A DNA stretch of 45,062 nucleotides from Flavobacteriales bacterium (GCA_049608805.1 JBMYXX010000002.1:1-45062), one strand, 5' to 3'; shown: positions 26,750-35,365, counted from the stretch's first letter. Program-made: numbers and translations. Notes: a model not told the origin generated them from the sequence alone.

Positions 26750-29191
26750 ATGAAAAACACAAAACTATTTTTAAGCGCACTGCTAGCTGGAGTCACTTCC
26801 GTTGGTGTTGCACAAGCCCAAACTGCGAGGTTAGAGGTTATTCACAATTCGGCAGATGCGGCCGCATCAGTTGTCGATGTTTATGTAAACGGTGGCGCTG
26901 AGCCATTCATCAACGATTTCGCATTTAGAACCACATCTGGTTTTATTGATGTTCCATCTGGAGTGGATTTGAACATTGGAATCGCGCCAGCTACCAGTAA
27001 TGAAATGGGTGGCAATGGAGCGGCAGACATTCTTTTCACTTTGCCAACCGTGAACCTAACAGAAGGAGAAACTTACATTGCCATTGCAAACGGTATTGTA
27101 TCGGCTACTGGATATATGCCAAATTCAACAATGGCACCTTTCGGTCTTGATATCTTTGCTGCAGCTCGTGAGGCAGCAGATGGTGGTGCAGGAACAAACG
27201 ACCTTTTGGTTTACCACGGTTCTACAGATGCTCCAATGGTAGATGTAGATGAGTTAAATGTGGTTGAGGGAGAAGCAATAAATGACATTTCTTACTCGGA
27301 ATTTCAAGGTTACGCGTCTCTAGGAGTAGAGGATTACATGCTTCAAGTACAAGCAGCTTCAACTGGCGGTGCTGTAGCAGCTTTCGATGCCAATTTGGGA
27401 ACGCTTGGAGTTGACGGTGCTGCGTTAACAGTGCTTGCTTCAGGGTTTCTGAATCCAAGCATGAACAGCAATGGTCCGGCTTTCGGGTTGTTTGCTTCAA
27501 CAGGAAATGCTGGTCCATTATTGGAACTTCCAATGTCTATGGCTCGCTTAGAGGTAATTCATAATTCTGCGGATGCAGCAGCAGCTGTGGTAGATGTATT
27601 TATTAACGATGTTGAAACTGTTCCAGATTTTGCATTCAGAACAACAACTGGTTTTATTGATGTGCCAGCCGGAATGCCACTTTCTATTGAAGTAGCGCCT
27701 GATGGAGCAGGACTTGGAGGAGCACTTCCAGCAATCGAAATTCCTTTCCTAGCTTCTGGCGAAACATACATAGCTATTGCAAACGGTATTGTAAGTGGTT
27801 CTGGTTATTCACCTGCACCAGCTTTCGGGTTGGATATTTACGCAGGAGCGCGTGAGGCAGCAGACGGTGGTGCAGGAACAAATGATGTATTGGTATATCA
27901 CGGTTCTACGGATGCTCCAATGGTAGATGTTGATGAGTTGAATGTGGTTATGGGAGAGGCAGTTAATGACCTTTCTTATACTGAATTTCAAGGTTATTTG
28001 GCGCTTGGTGTAGATGATTACATGCTTCAAGTACAAGCAGCTTCAACTGGTGGTGCTGTAGCAGCTTTCGATGCTCCATTAGCTAATCTAGGTGTTGACG
28101 GTGCTGCACTAACAGTTCTTGCTTCAGGGTTTTTGGATCCAAGCATGAACAGCAATGGCCCGGCATTCGGATTGTTTGCTTCGACTGGTGTTGCGGGTCC
28201 ATTATTGGAACTTCCAATGTCTATGGCACGTATAGAGGTAATTCATAATTCAGCTGATGCGGCTGCGGCAGTGGTAGATGTATTTATTAACGATGTTGAG
28301 ACTGTTCCAGATTTTGCATTCAGAACAACAACTGGTTTTATTGATGTGCCAGCAGGAATGCCACTATCTATTGAAGTAGCACCTGATGGAGCAGGTCTTG
28401 GAGGCGCGCTTCCAGCAATCGAAATTCCTTTCCTAGCTTCTGGCGAAACATACATAGCTATTGCAAACGGTATTGTAAGTGGTTCTGGTTATTCACCTGC
28501 ACCAGCTTTCGGATTGGATATTTACGCAGGAGCTCGTGAGCAAGCGGCAAACCAAGGAATGAACGAAACAGATGTATTGGTTTACCATGGTTCTACAGAT
28601 GCTCCAACAGTTGATGTTGCAGAAACAGGTGTAGGCGCAGGAACTATTGTAGATGATATTTCTTACAGCGAGTTCCAAGGTTACCTAGAACTTGGTACTT
28701 CAAACTATGAGTTAACCATCCAAAACGATTTGGGAACCGTAGATGTGGCTTCTTTTCAAGCTCCGCTACAAACGCTAATGCTCGAAGATGCGGCCATTAC
28801 AGTGCTGGCATCAGGGTTCTTAGATCCAAGCATGAACAGCAACGGTGCTGGTTTCGGACTATGGGTTTCGCTTGGTACAGCTGGAGGTTTGGTTCCATTG
28901 TCTAACGTAACTGGGGTTAACGAGGTAGAGTCTATCAGCAACGCTGGGCTATATCCAAACCCAACTAACGACAATGCTACCATGTTCTTCGACCTTACAG
29001 AAGGCGAAAACATTAACCTAGATGTGGTTAACACCATGGGACAAAGAGTTTTCACAGAAAGCTTTGGAAACATGACATCAGGAACACACAGAGTAGAAAT
29101 TCCAGCCAATCAAATGGCACCAGGGTTTTACTTCGTTAACCTGAGAACAAATTCAGGAGTAGTTTCAACGAAAATGCAAGTTTTACGTTAA
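26750..29191 (+). CDS. DUF4397 repeat protein with T9SS type A sorting domain
   Basis: Signal peptide from the ATG at 26750 (MKNTKLFLSALLAGVTSVGVAQA). There are three units of about 228-239 aa, each starting 'AR(L/I)EVIHNSADAAA..VDV(Y/F)(V/I)N' (DUF4397 pattern). The C-terminus 'LYPNPTNDNATMFFDL...NTMGQRVF...MAPGFYFVNL' is the sorting domain. Confidence 0.8.
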   Translation: MKNTKLFLSALLAGVTSVGVAQAQTARLEVIHNSADAAASVVDVYVNGGAEPFINDFAFRTTSGFIDVPSGVDLNIGIAPATSNEMGGNGAADILFTLPTVNLTEGETYIAIANGIVSATGYMPNSTMAPFGLDIFAAAREAADGGAGTNDLLVYHGSTDAPMVDVDELNVVEGEAINDISYSEFQGYASLGVEDYMLQVQAASTGGAVAAFDANLGTLGVDGAALTVLASGFLNPSMNSNGPAFGLFASTGNAGPLLELPMSMARLEVIHNSADAAAAVVDVFINDVETVPDFAFRTTTGFIDVPAGMPLSIEVAPDGAGLGGALPAIEIPFLASGETYIAIANGIVSGSGYSPAPAFGLDIYAGAREAADGGAGTNDVLVYHGSTDAPMVDVDELNVVMGEAVNDLSYTEFQGYLALGVDDYMLQVQAASTGGAVAAFDAPLANLGVDGAALTVLASGFLDPSMNSNGPAFGLFASTGVAGPLLELPMSMARIEVIHNSADAAAAVVDVFINDVETVPDFAFRTTTGFIDVPAGMPLSIEVAPDGAGLGGALPAIEIPFLASGETYIAIANGIVSGSGYSPAPAFGLDIYAGAREQAANQGMNETDVLVYHGSTDAPTVDVAETGVGAGTIVDDISYSEFQGYLELGTSNYELTIQNDLGTVDVASFQAPLQTLMLEDAAITVLASGFLDPSMNSNGAGFGLWVSLGTAGGLVPLSNVTGVNEVESISNAGLYPNPTNDNATMFFDLTEGENINLDVVNTMGQRVFTESFGNMTSGTHRVEIPANQMAPGFYFVNLRTNSGVVSTKMQVLR
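27173..28540 (+). repeat. two tandem 684-bp in-frame repeat units inside the DUF4397 gene
   Basis: Unit 1 (27173..27856) and unit 2 (27857..28540) align base-for-base with scattered, mostly third-codon-position differences. The anchor 'cgtgag' recurs at 27167, 27851 and 28535. The antisense ORFs 27559..27771 and 28243..28455 are 684 nt apart and nearly identical. Confidence 0.9.
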
Positions 29192-29208
29192 TTAGAATAG
29201 GTTAAACA

Positions 29209-29243
29209 GCGCTCCGTTCCGTGAGGGGCGGGGCGCTTTTTTT
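29209..29243 (+). terminator. rho-independent terminator
   Basis: GCGCTCCG / CGGGGCGC forms an 8-bp stem (one G-U pair) with a 12-nt loop, then TTTTTTT, 18 nt after the stop at 29191. Confidence 0.7.
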
Positions 29244-29253
29244 ATTCCAAACA

Positions 29254-30159
29254 ATGGCAAAGATTCTCATCACAGGCGGTTCAGGTTCTATCGGGAAACA
29301 CCTGATTCCAAGACTACTTTTTAAGGGACATCAAGTGTCCATTATTGGTAGAAGCAAAAAGGAAATTCCGGGAGTTGAAAGTTTTGTTTGGAACTTAGAT
29401 AAAGGCGAACTGGATGAGCGTGCTTTAGCCGATGTAACGCATATTATTCACCTTGCTGGGGCGGGAATAGCCGATAAACCTTGGTCTCCAAAACGGAAGC
29501 AGGAAATACTAGAAAGCAGAATAAAGCCGCTTAAAATGATTTCCAGTCTGTTGGCTAAAAGAAACCAGCGAATTAAAGCCATCATATCTTCATCTGCCGT
29601 AGGTTATTATGGTGGCATTACTTCGGATAAGGTGTTTACCGAAAATGATTCTCCTGCAAAGGACTTTCTTGGTAAAACGTGCCACATGTGGGAACAGGCA
29701 ATTCAGTTGTTTAAGCCCGTGGCTGATAGAGAAGTTCGGGTGAGAACAGGTATTGTTCTTATGCAAGAAAATGGAGCATTAACCAAGCTGGCTAAACCCG
29801 CCAAATTTGGCTTAGGTGCGGCAATCGGTTCTGGAAATCAATGGATGCCATGGATTCATATAGACGATATGACCAATGTTTATTTGAAAGCTATTGAGGA
29901 CACCAACATGAATGGCGCTTACAACGCAGTGGCGCTAGAGCATGTCAATCAATCTAAGTTTATCGAGAAGATTGGGAAGTCTTTAAAACGCCCTGTTTTT
30001 CTGCCAAATGTGCCAACGTTTTTCCTTAAAACCATTATGGGCGAAATGGCCAGAGTAGTAACCGAAGGAAGTAGAGTTTCTTCTCAAAAACTTACAGATG
30101 CAGGTTTTGAATTCGAGTATCCAGAATTACAGCCGGCCTTAAACAACCTTCTTAAATGA
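29254..30159 (+). CDS. TIGR01777-type NAD-dependent epimerase/dehydratase family protein (SDR with DUF1731 C-terminus)
   Basis: 'KILITGGSGSIGKHL' Rossmann motif, 'HLAGAGIADKPWS..RK.EI..SR' and 'GSGNQWMPWIHIDD' are characteristic of the YfcH/TIGR01777 family. The ATG at 29254 is preferred, because the GTG at 29221 lies inside the terminator. Confidence 0.85.
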   Translation: MAKILITGGSGSIGKHLIPRLLFKGHQVSIIGRSKKEIPGVESFVWNLDKGELDERALADVTHIIHLAGAGIADKPWSPKRKQEILESRIKPLKMISSLLAKRNQRIKAIISSSAVGYYGGITSDKVFTENDSPAKDFLGKTCHMWEQAIQLFKPVADREVRVRTGIVLMQENGALTKLAKPAKFGLGAAIGSGNQWMPWIHIDDMTNVYLKAIEDTNMNGAYNAVALEHVNQSKFIEKIGKSLKRPVFLPNVPTFFLKTIMGEMARVVTEGSRVSSQKLTDAGFEFEYPELQPALNNLLK

Positions 30160-30644
30160 AACTGCACCGAAAAGAGTACAAACAGTTTTTACCAATTTCA
30201 GTAGATGAGGCGTGGAGGTTTTTCTCGGCACCAGAAAACCTGAATGAGATTACTCCGCCAGAAATGAAGTTTGAGATTCTGACTAAGGACATTCCTAAAG
30301 TGTATGCTGGTCAGATTATTCAGTATAACGTATCACCTTTTCCGTTGATAAAAATGGGCTGGGTTACGGAGATTACACAAGTGCAAGAAAAAAAGCTGTT
30401 TATAGATGAACAGCGCTTTGGTCCTTACACTTTCTGGCATCATCAACACATCTTCGAAGAACAAGAAGGCGGAGTGCTAATGACTGATATACTGCATTAC
30501 AAAGTCCCATTAGGGATTGTGGGAAAAATGATGGACTACCTGGTGATAAACAAAAAGGTAAATGCCATATTTGAATACCGAACAAAAACGCTAGTGAACA
30601 AGTTCGGCCATTCTCCGTTACTCAAGAAACAAACCCATGGGTAA
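30156..30644 (+). CDS. SRPBCC (START/cyclase-dehydrase-like) family protein
   Basis: 162 aa. 'VDEAWRFFSAPENLNEITPP', 'FIDEQRFGPYTFWHHQHIFEE' resembles SRPBCC proteins that commonly follow TIGR01777 genes. ATGA overlap with the upstream gene. Confidence 0.6.
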   Translation: MKLHRKEYKQFLPISVDEAWRFFSAPENLNEITPPEMKFEILTKDIPKVYAGQIIQYNVSPFPLIKMGWVTEITQVQEKKLFIDEQRFGPYTFWHHQHIFEEQEGGVLMTDILHYKVPLGIVGKMMDYLVINKKVNAIFEYRTKTLVNKFGHSPLLKKQTHG

Positions 30645-31518
30645 ATACAGCACAAAGGATTTGGCTACCCTATCGGGGATTAAGGCTCACACCATTAGAA
30701 TATGGGAGCAGCGTTATGGCATTATCACGCCAGACAGAACGGATACAAATATTCGAACCTATTGCGATAGTGACCTGAAAAAGTTGTTGAACATTGCCAT
30801 GCTCAATAACAGCGGACTGAAAATCTCTAAAATCTCTAAGCTGAGTGATGAAGACATATCATCCGAGGTACAACGAATTGGAGAGACTAAGACAGATTAC
30901 CCGGTTCAGATAGACCGATTAATTGTGGCCATGGTTGATTTAGACCGCGCTAAGTTTGAAGGTATTCTGAACGATTGTACAGAGGAGATGGGTTTCGAAG
31001 CAACCTGCATAAACGTGCTGTATCCGCTGTTGCAGAAGATTGGCATTATGTGGATGGCCAACTCCATAAACCCAGCTCAGGAGCATTTTATGAGCAGTCT
31101 AATTATCCAAAAAATGTATGCCGCCATTGATGGGCTTTACACATCTGCTCCAAAAGGCAAAAAGGTGATTTTCTTTCTTCGCGAAGGCGAGTTGCATGAA
31201 ATTGGGCTGTTGTTCTTTCGGTACATAATGGAAAAGAGGGGGTTTGATACCATATACTTGGGTCAGTCGGTTCCATTTCAGGACTTACAGCAAACCGTTG
31301 ATGCGCACAAACCTGAATACTTGGTTACGGCACTTGTCGCTACTTCAGAAGGTGATTTTATGGAGAAGTACCTAAAACAGATGTCTAAGAGTTTTCCGCA
31401 ATTGAAGATTATCGTTTCAGGATTTCAAATCAGCCAGTTTGATAAGAAGACTCCTAAAAACATCGTTAAAATTGATGACGTTAACCAGTTTGTGGATTAC
31501 GTTGATGCCCTGATTTAG
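30637..31518 (+). CDS. MerR-family regulator with C-terminal cobalamin-binding domain (CarH/LitR-like photoreceptor candidate)
   Basis: MerR HTH 'YSTKDLATLSGIKAHTIRIWEQRYG'. The Wx9EH motif is W139-(MANSINPAQ)-E149-H150 at nt 31051..31086, and the ExHxxG B12 lower-ligand motif is 'ELHEIG' at nt 31189..31206, followed by 'GQSVP'. It overlaps the upstream stop (ATGGGTAA). Confidence 0.85.
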   Translation: MGKYSTKDLATLSGIKAHTIRIWEQRYGIITPDRTDTNIRTYCDSDLKKLLNIAMLNNSGLKISKISKLSDEDISSEVQRIGETKTDYPVQIDRLIVAMVDLDRAKFEGILNDCTEEMGFEATCINVLYPLLQKIGIMWMANSINPAQEHFMSSLIIQKMYAAIDGLYTSAPKGKKVIFFLREGELHEIGLLFFRYIMEKRGFDTIYLGQSVPFQDLQQTVDAHKPEYLVTALVATSEGDFMEKYLKQMSKSFPQLKIIVSGFQISQFDKKTPKNIVKIDDVNQFVDYVDALI

Positions 31519-31539
31519 ACCAAATCATTAGCTTTTGTT

Positions 31540-31571
31540 AGCCTTAGACTTTACGGTATAGGGCTTTTTTT
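31540..31571 (+). terminator. possible terminator after the MerR/B12 gene
   Basis: AGCCTTA / TAGGGCT forms a 7-bp stem (one G-U pair) with a 12-nt loop, then TTTTTTT. Confidence 0.45.
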
Positions 31572-31623
31572 GTGCTTAAAAGTCAATTTTGTTTAATTAA
31601 TAGATAAAAAATCATCACAAAAA

Positions 31624-31655
31624 TTTGGTTGGTTTCAGGGTGTCTTATACATTTG
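31624..31655 (+). promoter_or_regulatory. candidate Bacteroidota-type promoter for the sigma factor gene
   Basis: TTTG at 31624..31627 and TACATTTG (TAnnTTTG -7 motif) at 31648..31655, 20 nt apart and about 37 nt upstream of the ATG at 31692. Confidence 0.35.
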
Positions 31656-31691
31656 TTTAATAAATAAGCAAAAACACTAAACAAAATAATC

Positions 31692-32198
31692 ATGACGACA
31701 CTAACATTTGGAGACAATCTTCTAAAAATGACCGACATTTTGGGGTATTTCGCTTTGAGCTTAACTAAGAACCAAAAAGATGCCGAAGACCTGGTTCAGG
31801 AAACGATGGTGAAAGCATTAACCTATAAAGACCACTATCAGCCTAACACAAACTTTAAAGCGTGGCTTCAAACTATTATGAAGAACACGTTCATTAATCA
31901 ATACCGAAAAAAAAGACGCGCACAAGCTGTAGTAACCACCAGAGATGATGTTGAAGTGCTTGATTTTGTTTCTGCTACAGAAGAGTTTACCCCAGAAAGC
32001 ACTCTGGCTACTAAGGAAATTAATATGGTTATAGACGCTCTGGGAGACAACCTTAGAGTGCCTTTTACAATGCACCTCAAAGGGTTCAAGTACAAGGAAA
32101 TTGCCGATGAATTGGGTATTCCTATCGGAACCGTTAAAAGCAGAATCTATCTAGCAAAGCAATCTCTAATGGATTCTCTGAGACACTACCGGAACTAA
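31692..32198 (+). CDS. ECF-type RNA polymerase sigma-70 family factor
   Basis: Region 2 'DAEDLVQETMVKAL...FKAWLQTIMKNTFINQYRKKRR' and region 4 'YKEIADELGIPIGTVKSRIYLAKQSL'. Confidence 0.85.
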   Translation: MTTLTFGDNLLKMTDILGYFALSLTKNQKDAEDLVQETMVKALTYKDHYQPNTNFKAWLQTIMKNTFINQYRKKRRAQAVVTTRDDVEVLDFVSATEEFTPESTLATKEINMVIDALGDNLRVPFTMHLKGFKYKEIADELGIPIGTVKSRIYLAKQSLMDSLRHYRN

Positions 32199-32238
32199 CT
32201 ACGGTAGTGGCCCTTAGGAGCAGTCGATTCTAGCAGTT

Positions 32239-32922
32239 TTATTCTGGGCAGTGATAAACTAAATCCCGTCCATAGCTCCAAGTCACTTCTTTAGATGGAG
32301 ACCATAAAATGCCACTTGTTCCAACTTTCCGTTGGGTTTCAGTTTTCTTTACCGCCATCGGAACGAAGCCTTTTTGGTAAGCTTTTGAGTAATCAATATT
32401 CAAGTCAAACTTGTTCCAGTATTTACGAATTACGTAACGCCATTTGGCAGGAATAAAGTCTGCATCAATTTCATGGTCAAACTTTTTGGCGAGGTATTTC
32501 ATCATAAATGAGTGGGCTTTATCAGATACTACCGCAACACGTTCAAACCCATGTGCCTTCGCAATTTCCATAGAATAGAACACGTTTTCTAAACTATGTT
32601 CTGCTCTGTCTTCAATAATAATATGGTCTGGGTTAATTCCTAATTCTATGAGATAAAGTGCATAAACTTTAGACTCTACATACGGTGTATGTACCGCACT
32701 ACCCGAAACAATAATGTTTTTCACTTTTCCATTCTTGTAAAGATGATAAGCCCAATACAATCGAATCTTGTACATAGGATTCATTTTTCCGTTGGGCCGG
32801 AATGGGTAGCCAGGAACAATGATGGCATCATAGGACTCATCAATCTTTTTCAATCCGTCAGATGCAAGCACATTTAAGCTTGAAAACAGGACTACAAAAC
32901 AAAGGAGAAGGCTCTTTTTCAT
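32239..32922 (-). CDS. DUF218 / YdcF-family protein (paralogue 2)
   Basis: 'YDAIIVPGYPFRPNGKMNPMYKIRLYWAYHLYKNGKVKNIIVSGSAVHTPYVESKVYALYLIELGI...EDRAEHSLEN' is collinear with 23274..23927. The ATG at 32922 (MKKSLLLCFVVLF) is preferred, although the ORF is open to 32946. Confidence 0.7.
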   Translation of the reverse strand: MKKSLLLCFVVLFSSLNVLASDGLKKIDESYDAIIVPGYPFRPNGKMNPMYKIRLYWAYHLYKNGKVKNIIVSGSAVHTPYVESKVYALYLIELGINPDHIIIEDRAEHSLENVFYSMEIAKAHGFERVAVVSDKAHSFMMKYLAKKFDHEIDADFIPAKWRYVIRKYWNKFDLNIDYSKAYQKGFVPMAVKKTETQRKVGTSGILWSPSKEVTWSYGRDLVYHCPE

Positions 32923-33014
32923 AATAATCATTTGCTCTATGAACAATCAATTAATTGTATTGTTCACTAATTTAATAGCAATACTATTATATTTGCATTT
33001 ATAACTAATAAGCA

Positions 33015-33680
33015 ATGAATAATACGTTCAGAATACTGATAAACGAAAGGACATTTCTCAAGAACCCAAAGACCAGCGAATTAGGCGAGAGCATTATTCA
33101 AGGCTCCATTGACCTGATTGACGAGTTAGGATTTGAAGACTTTACATTCAGAAAATTGGCACAAAGAATTGGTTCTACGGAAGCCTCCATTTACCGATAT
33201 TTTGAAAACAAGCACCGATTATTAATCTACTTGTTTTGTTGGTATTGGAGGTGGCTAGACTACCGAATGGTTTTGGCTACGACCAATATTGAATCTGCGG
33301 AGGAACGACTTAAAAGAGCGATTGATGTTTTGGTGAAACAAGTTGAGCAAGACAGTGATTTCTCACACGTGGATGAAGTAAAGCTAAACCGCATCATCAT
33401 CAATGAATCTTCTAAGGCTTATCTCAACAAACATGTTGACGAAGAAAACAAAGAGGGTTTTTTCCTCGATTACAAAGAATTGGTTGCTCGCATGGCAGAC
33501 ATGATTCAAGAGATAAACCCAGAGTATAAATACCCACACATGTTGGTTTCTACGTTGATTGAAGGCGCCCATCTTCAACGGTTTTATGCAGAACACCTAC
33601 CGCGGCTTACCGATGTGAAAGATGGCCAAGATTTCGTGACCGATTTCTACCGAGAAACCATTTTCAAAGCCATTAAATAA
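33015..33680 (+). CDS. TetR/AcrR family transcriptional regulator
   Basis: HTH 'GFEDFTFRKLAQRIGSTEASIYRYFENKHRLL'. Confidence 0.85.
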   Translation: MNNTFRILINERTFLKNPKTSELGESIIQGSIDLIDELGFEDFTFRKLAQRIGSTEASIYRYFENKHRLLIYLFCWYWRWLDYRMVLATTNIESAEERLKRAIDVLVKQVEQDSDFSHVDEVKLNRIIINESSKAYLNKHVDEENKEGFFLDYKELVARMADMIQEINPEYKYPHMLVSTLIEGAHLQRFYAEHLPRLTDVKDGQDFVTDFYRETIFKAIK

Positions 33681-33685
33681 GTACA

Positions 33686-35356
33686 ATGGATAATCTGATT
33701 AAACTAACTCCGATACAACGGTTTTGGAGATTGCTACATCCCGATAGGAAGGAGATTAGGAATGTATATGTGTATGCTGTTTTTAACGGTTTGATAAACC
33801 TTTCATTACCGTTGGGGATTCAGGCAATTGTAAACCTGATTCAAGGAGGGCAAGTAAGTACCGCTTGGATTGTTTTGGTAACAGTAGTAGTTCTTGGAGT
33901 TGCCGCAACGGGCATTCTTCAAATTGCCCAATTACGGATTACGGAGAACTTGCAGCAACGGATTTTCGCGCGTTCCGCGTTTGAGTTTGCCTTTAGAATA
34001 CCGAAGGTGAAAATGGAGGCCATTTACAGGCACTACGCGCCAGAGTTGATGAATCGTTTTTTCGATACACTAACAGTACAAAAAGGTCTTTCCAAGATAT
34101 TAATTGATTTTTCTACAGCCGTTCTTCAAGTGTTGTTCGGGTTAATTCTCCTTTCCTTTTACCACCCGTTTTTCATCTTGTTTAGTCTGATACTCATCAT
34201 CTTGGTTTACGCCATTTTCAGGTTTACCGGAAAGCCCGGTTTGGAGACAAGTTTGAACGAATCGAAGTATAAGTACCGCGTGGCGCATTGGCTAGAGGAG
34301 TTAGCGAGAACAGGAACCACTTTTAAGCTTGCCGGCAGAACGGAGCTCCCACTATCTAAGATGGATAAAGAAGTTGGGGATTACCTTAAATCAAGAGAAA
34401 GTCACTTCAAAATTCTGGTTCAACAATATTCGTTGATGGTGATTTTTAAAGCATTGGTGGCCGCAGGTTTGCTGGCAATGGGAGGCATTTTGGTTATGCA
34501 GCAAGTCATGAATATTGGGCAGTTTGTGGCAGCCGAAATCATCATTCTTTTGGTGATGGGGTCTGTAGAAAAACTGGTGATGAGCATGGAAAGTATTTAC
34601 GATGTACTTACTGCTTTGGAAAAAATTGGACAGGTTACGGATTTGGAGATTGAAAGAACCGAGGGAGTTGAAACCATTTGTCAAGCAGATGAATCAGGAA
34701 TGAAGGTCGAATTGAACAACGTTGACTTCACCTATCCTGACGGAGACAAGAGTATTCTTAATGGAATTTCACTGGACATTCAGGCTGGAGATAGACTGGT
34801 TGTAACGGGCCCAAATGGTTCGGGAAAGAGTACGCTTTTGCAGATTATTGCTGGGTTATACAAGGTTAAATCTGGGTCAATAAATTACAATGGATTGCCT
34901 ATCGGGAATCTCAATTTGGGTGCGCTTCGTTCAGAAATTGGTGACTGCTTAACTCACGAGCAACTATTTGATGGAACCGTACTCGAAAACATTAGCATGG
35001 GAAGGCCTGGAGCCACTTTTGAAAATGTGAGGTGGGCGGTAGAAAACCTCAAACTAGACAAGTTTGTGAAGGAGCTTCCGAATGGATACGATTCGCATAT
35101 TGACCCGCAGGGACGGAAACTCCCGCAAAGCGTTATTCAAAAACTGCTTTTGGCCAGAAGTATTGCCGACAAGCCAAAGCTGCTCTTGTTAGAAGATGCG
35201 CTGGAGCATTTGGACGATACGGAGCGCAAAGCAATTATCGATTTTCTGGTAAAACCAGAGAATGAATGGACAATTGTTGCGGTGTCATCAAGCAGTTACT
35301 TTCAGTCGAAGGTGCAGCGAGTGTTAGAGATGAAAAACGGTCAATTCACACAATAG
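33686..35356 (+). CDS. ABC exporter, fused permease/ATPase (type I secretion / HlyB-like, without C39 peptidase domain)
   Basis: Six-TM N-terminal half. Walker A 'GPNGSGKST', Q-loop, signature-like 'KLPQSVIQKLLLARS', Walker B 'LLLLEDALEHLD'. Confidence 0.85.
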   Translation: MDNLIKLTPIQRFWRLLHPDRKEIRNVYVYAVFNGLINLSLPLGIQAIVNLIQGGQVSTAWIVLVTVVVLGVAATGILQIAQLRITENLQQRIFARSAFEFAFRIPKVKMEAIYRHYAPELMNRFFDTLTVQKGLSKILIDFSTAVLQVLFGLILLSFYHPFFILFSLILIILVYAIFRFTGKPGLETSLNESKYKYRVAHWLEELARTGTTFKLAGRTELPLSKMDKEVGDYLKSRESHFKILVQQYSLMVIFKALVAAGLLAMGGILVMQQVMNIGQFVAAEIIILLVMGSVEKLVMSMESIYDVLTALEKIGQVTDLEIERTEGVETICQADESGMKVELNNVDFTYPDGDKSILNGISLDIQAGDRLVVTGPNGSGKSTLLQIIAGLYKVKSGSINYNGLPIGNLNLGALRSEIGDCLTHEQLFDGTVLENISMGRPGATFENVRWAVENLKLDKFVKELPNGYDSHIDPQGRKLPQSVIQKLLLARSIADKPKLLLLEDALEHLDDTERKAIIDFLVKPENEWTIVAVSSSSYFQSKVQRVLEMKNGQFTQ

Positions 35357-35365
35357 CATAAAATC

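Noticed and set aside
27559-28455. Two nearly identical 70-aa minus-strand ORFs (27559..27771 and 28243..28455).
   Set aside because: They are the antisense reflection of the 684-bp coding duplication in the DUF4397 gene, not independent genes.
26750-29191. Regularly spaced repeats that might suggest a CRISPR-like or satellite array.
   Set aside because: The period is 684 bp, in frame, within one long ORF with a signal peptide and T9SS tail. There are no short repeat/spacer units, so these are protein domain repeats.
32184-32209. 8-bp hairpin CACTACCG-n10-CGGTAGTG spanning the sigma factor stop codon.
   Set aside because: No T-tract follows it on either strand, so it cannot be called an intrinsic terminator. 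It may be fortuitous or a weak bidirectional pause site.
32948-32957. Perfect 10-bp palindrome CAATTAATTG between the DUF218 paralogue and the TetR gene, as a possible TetR operator.
   Set aside because: It is very AT-rich and short, and it lies within the alternative 5' extension of the DUF218 ORF. The chance expectation is too high without conservation data.
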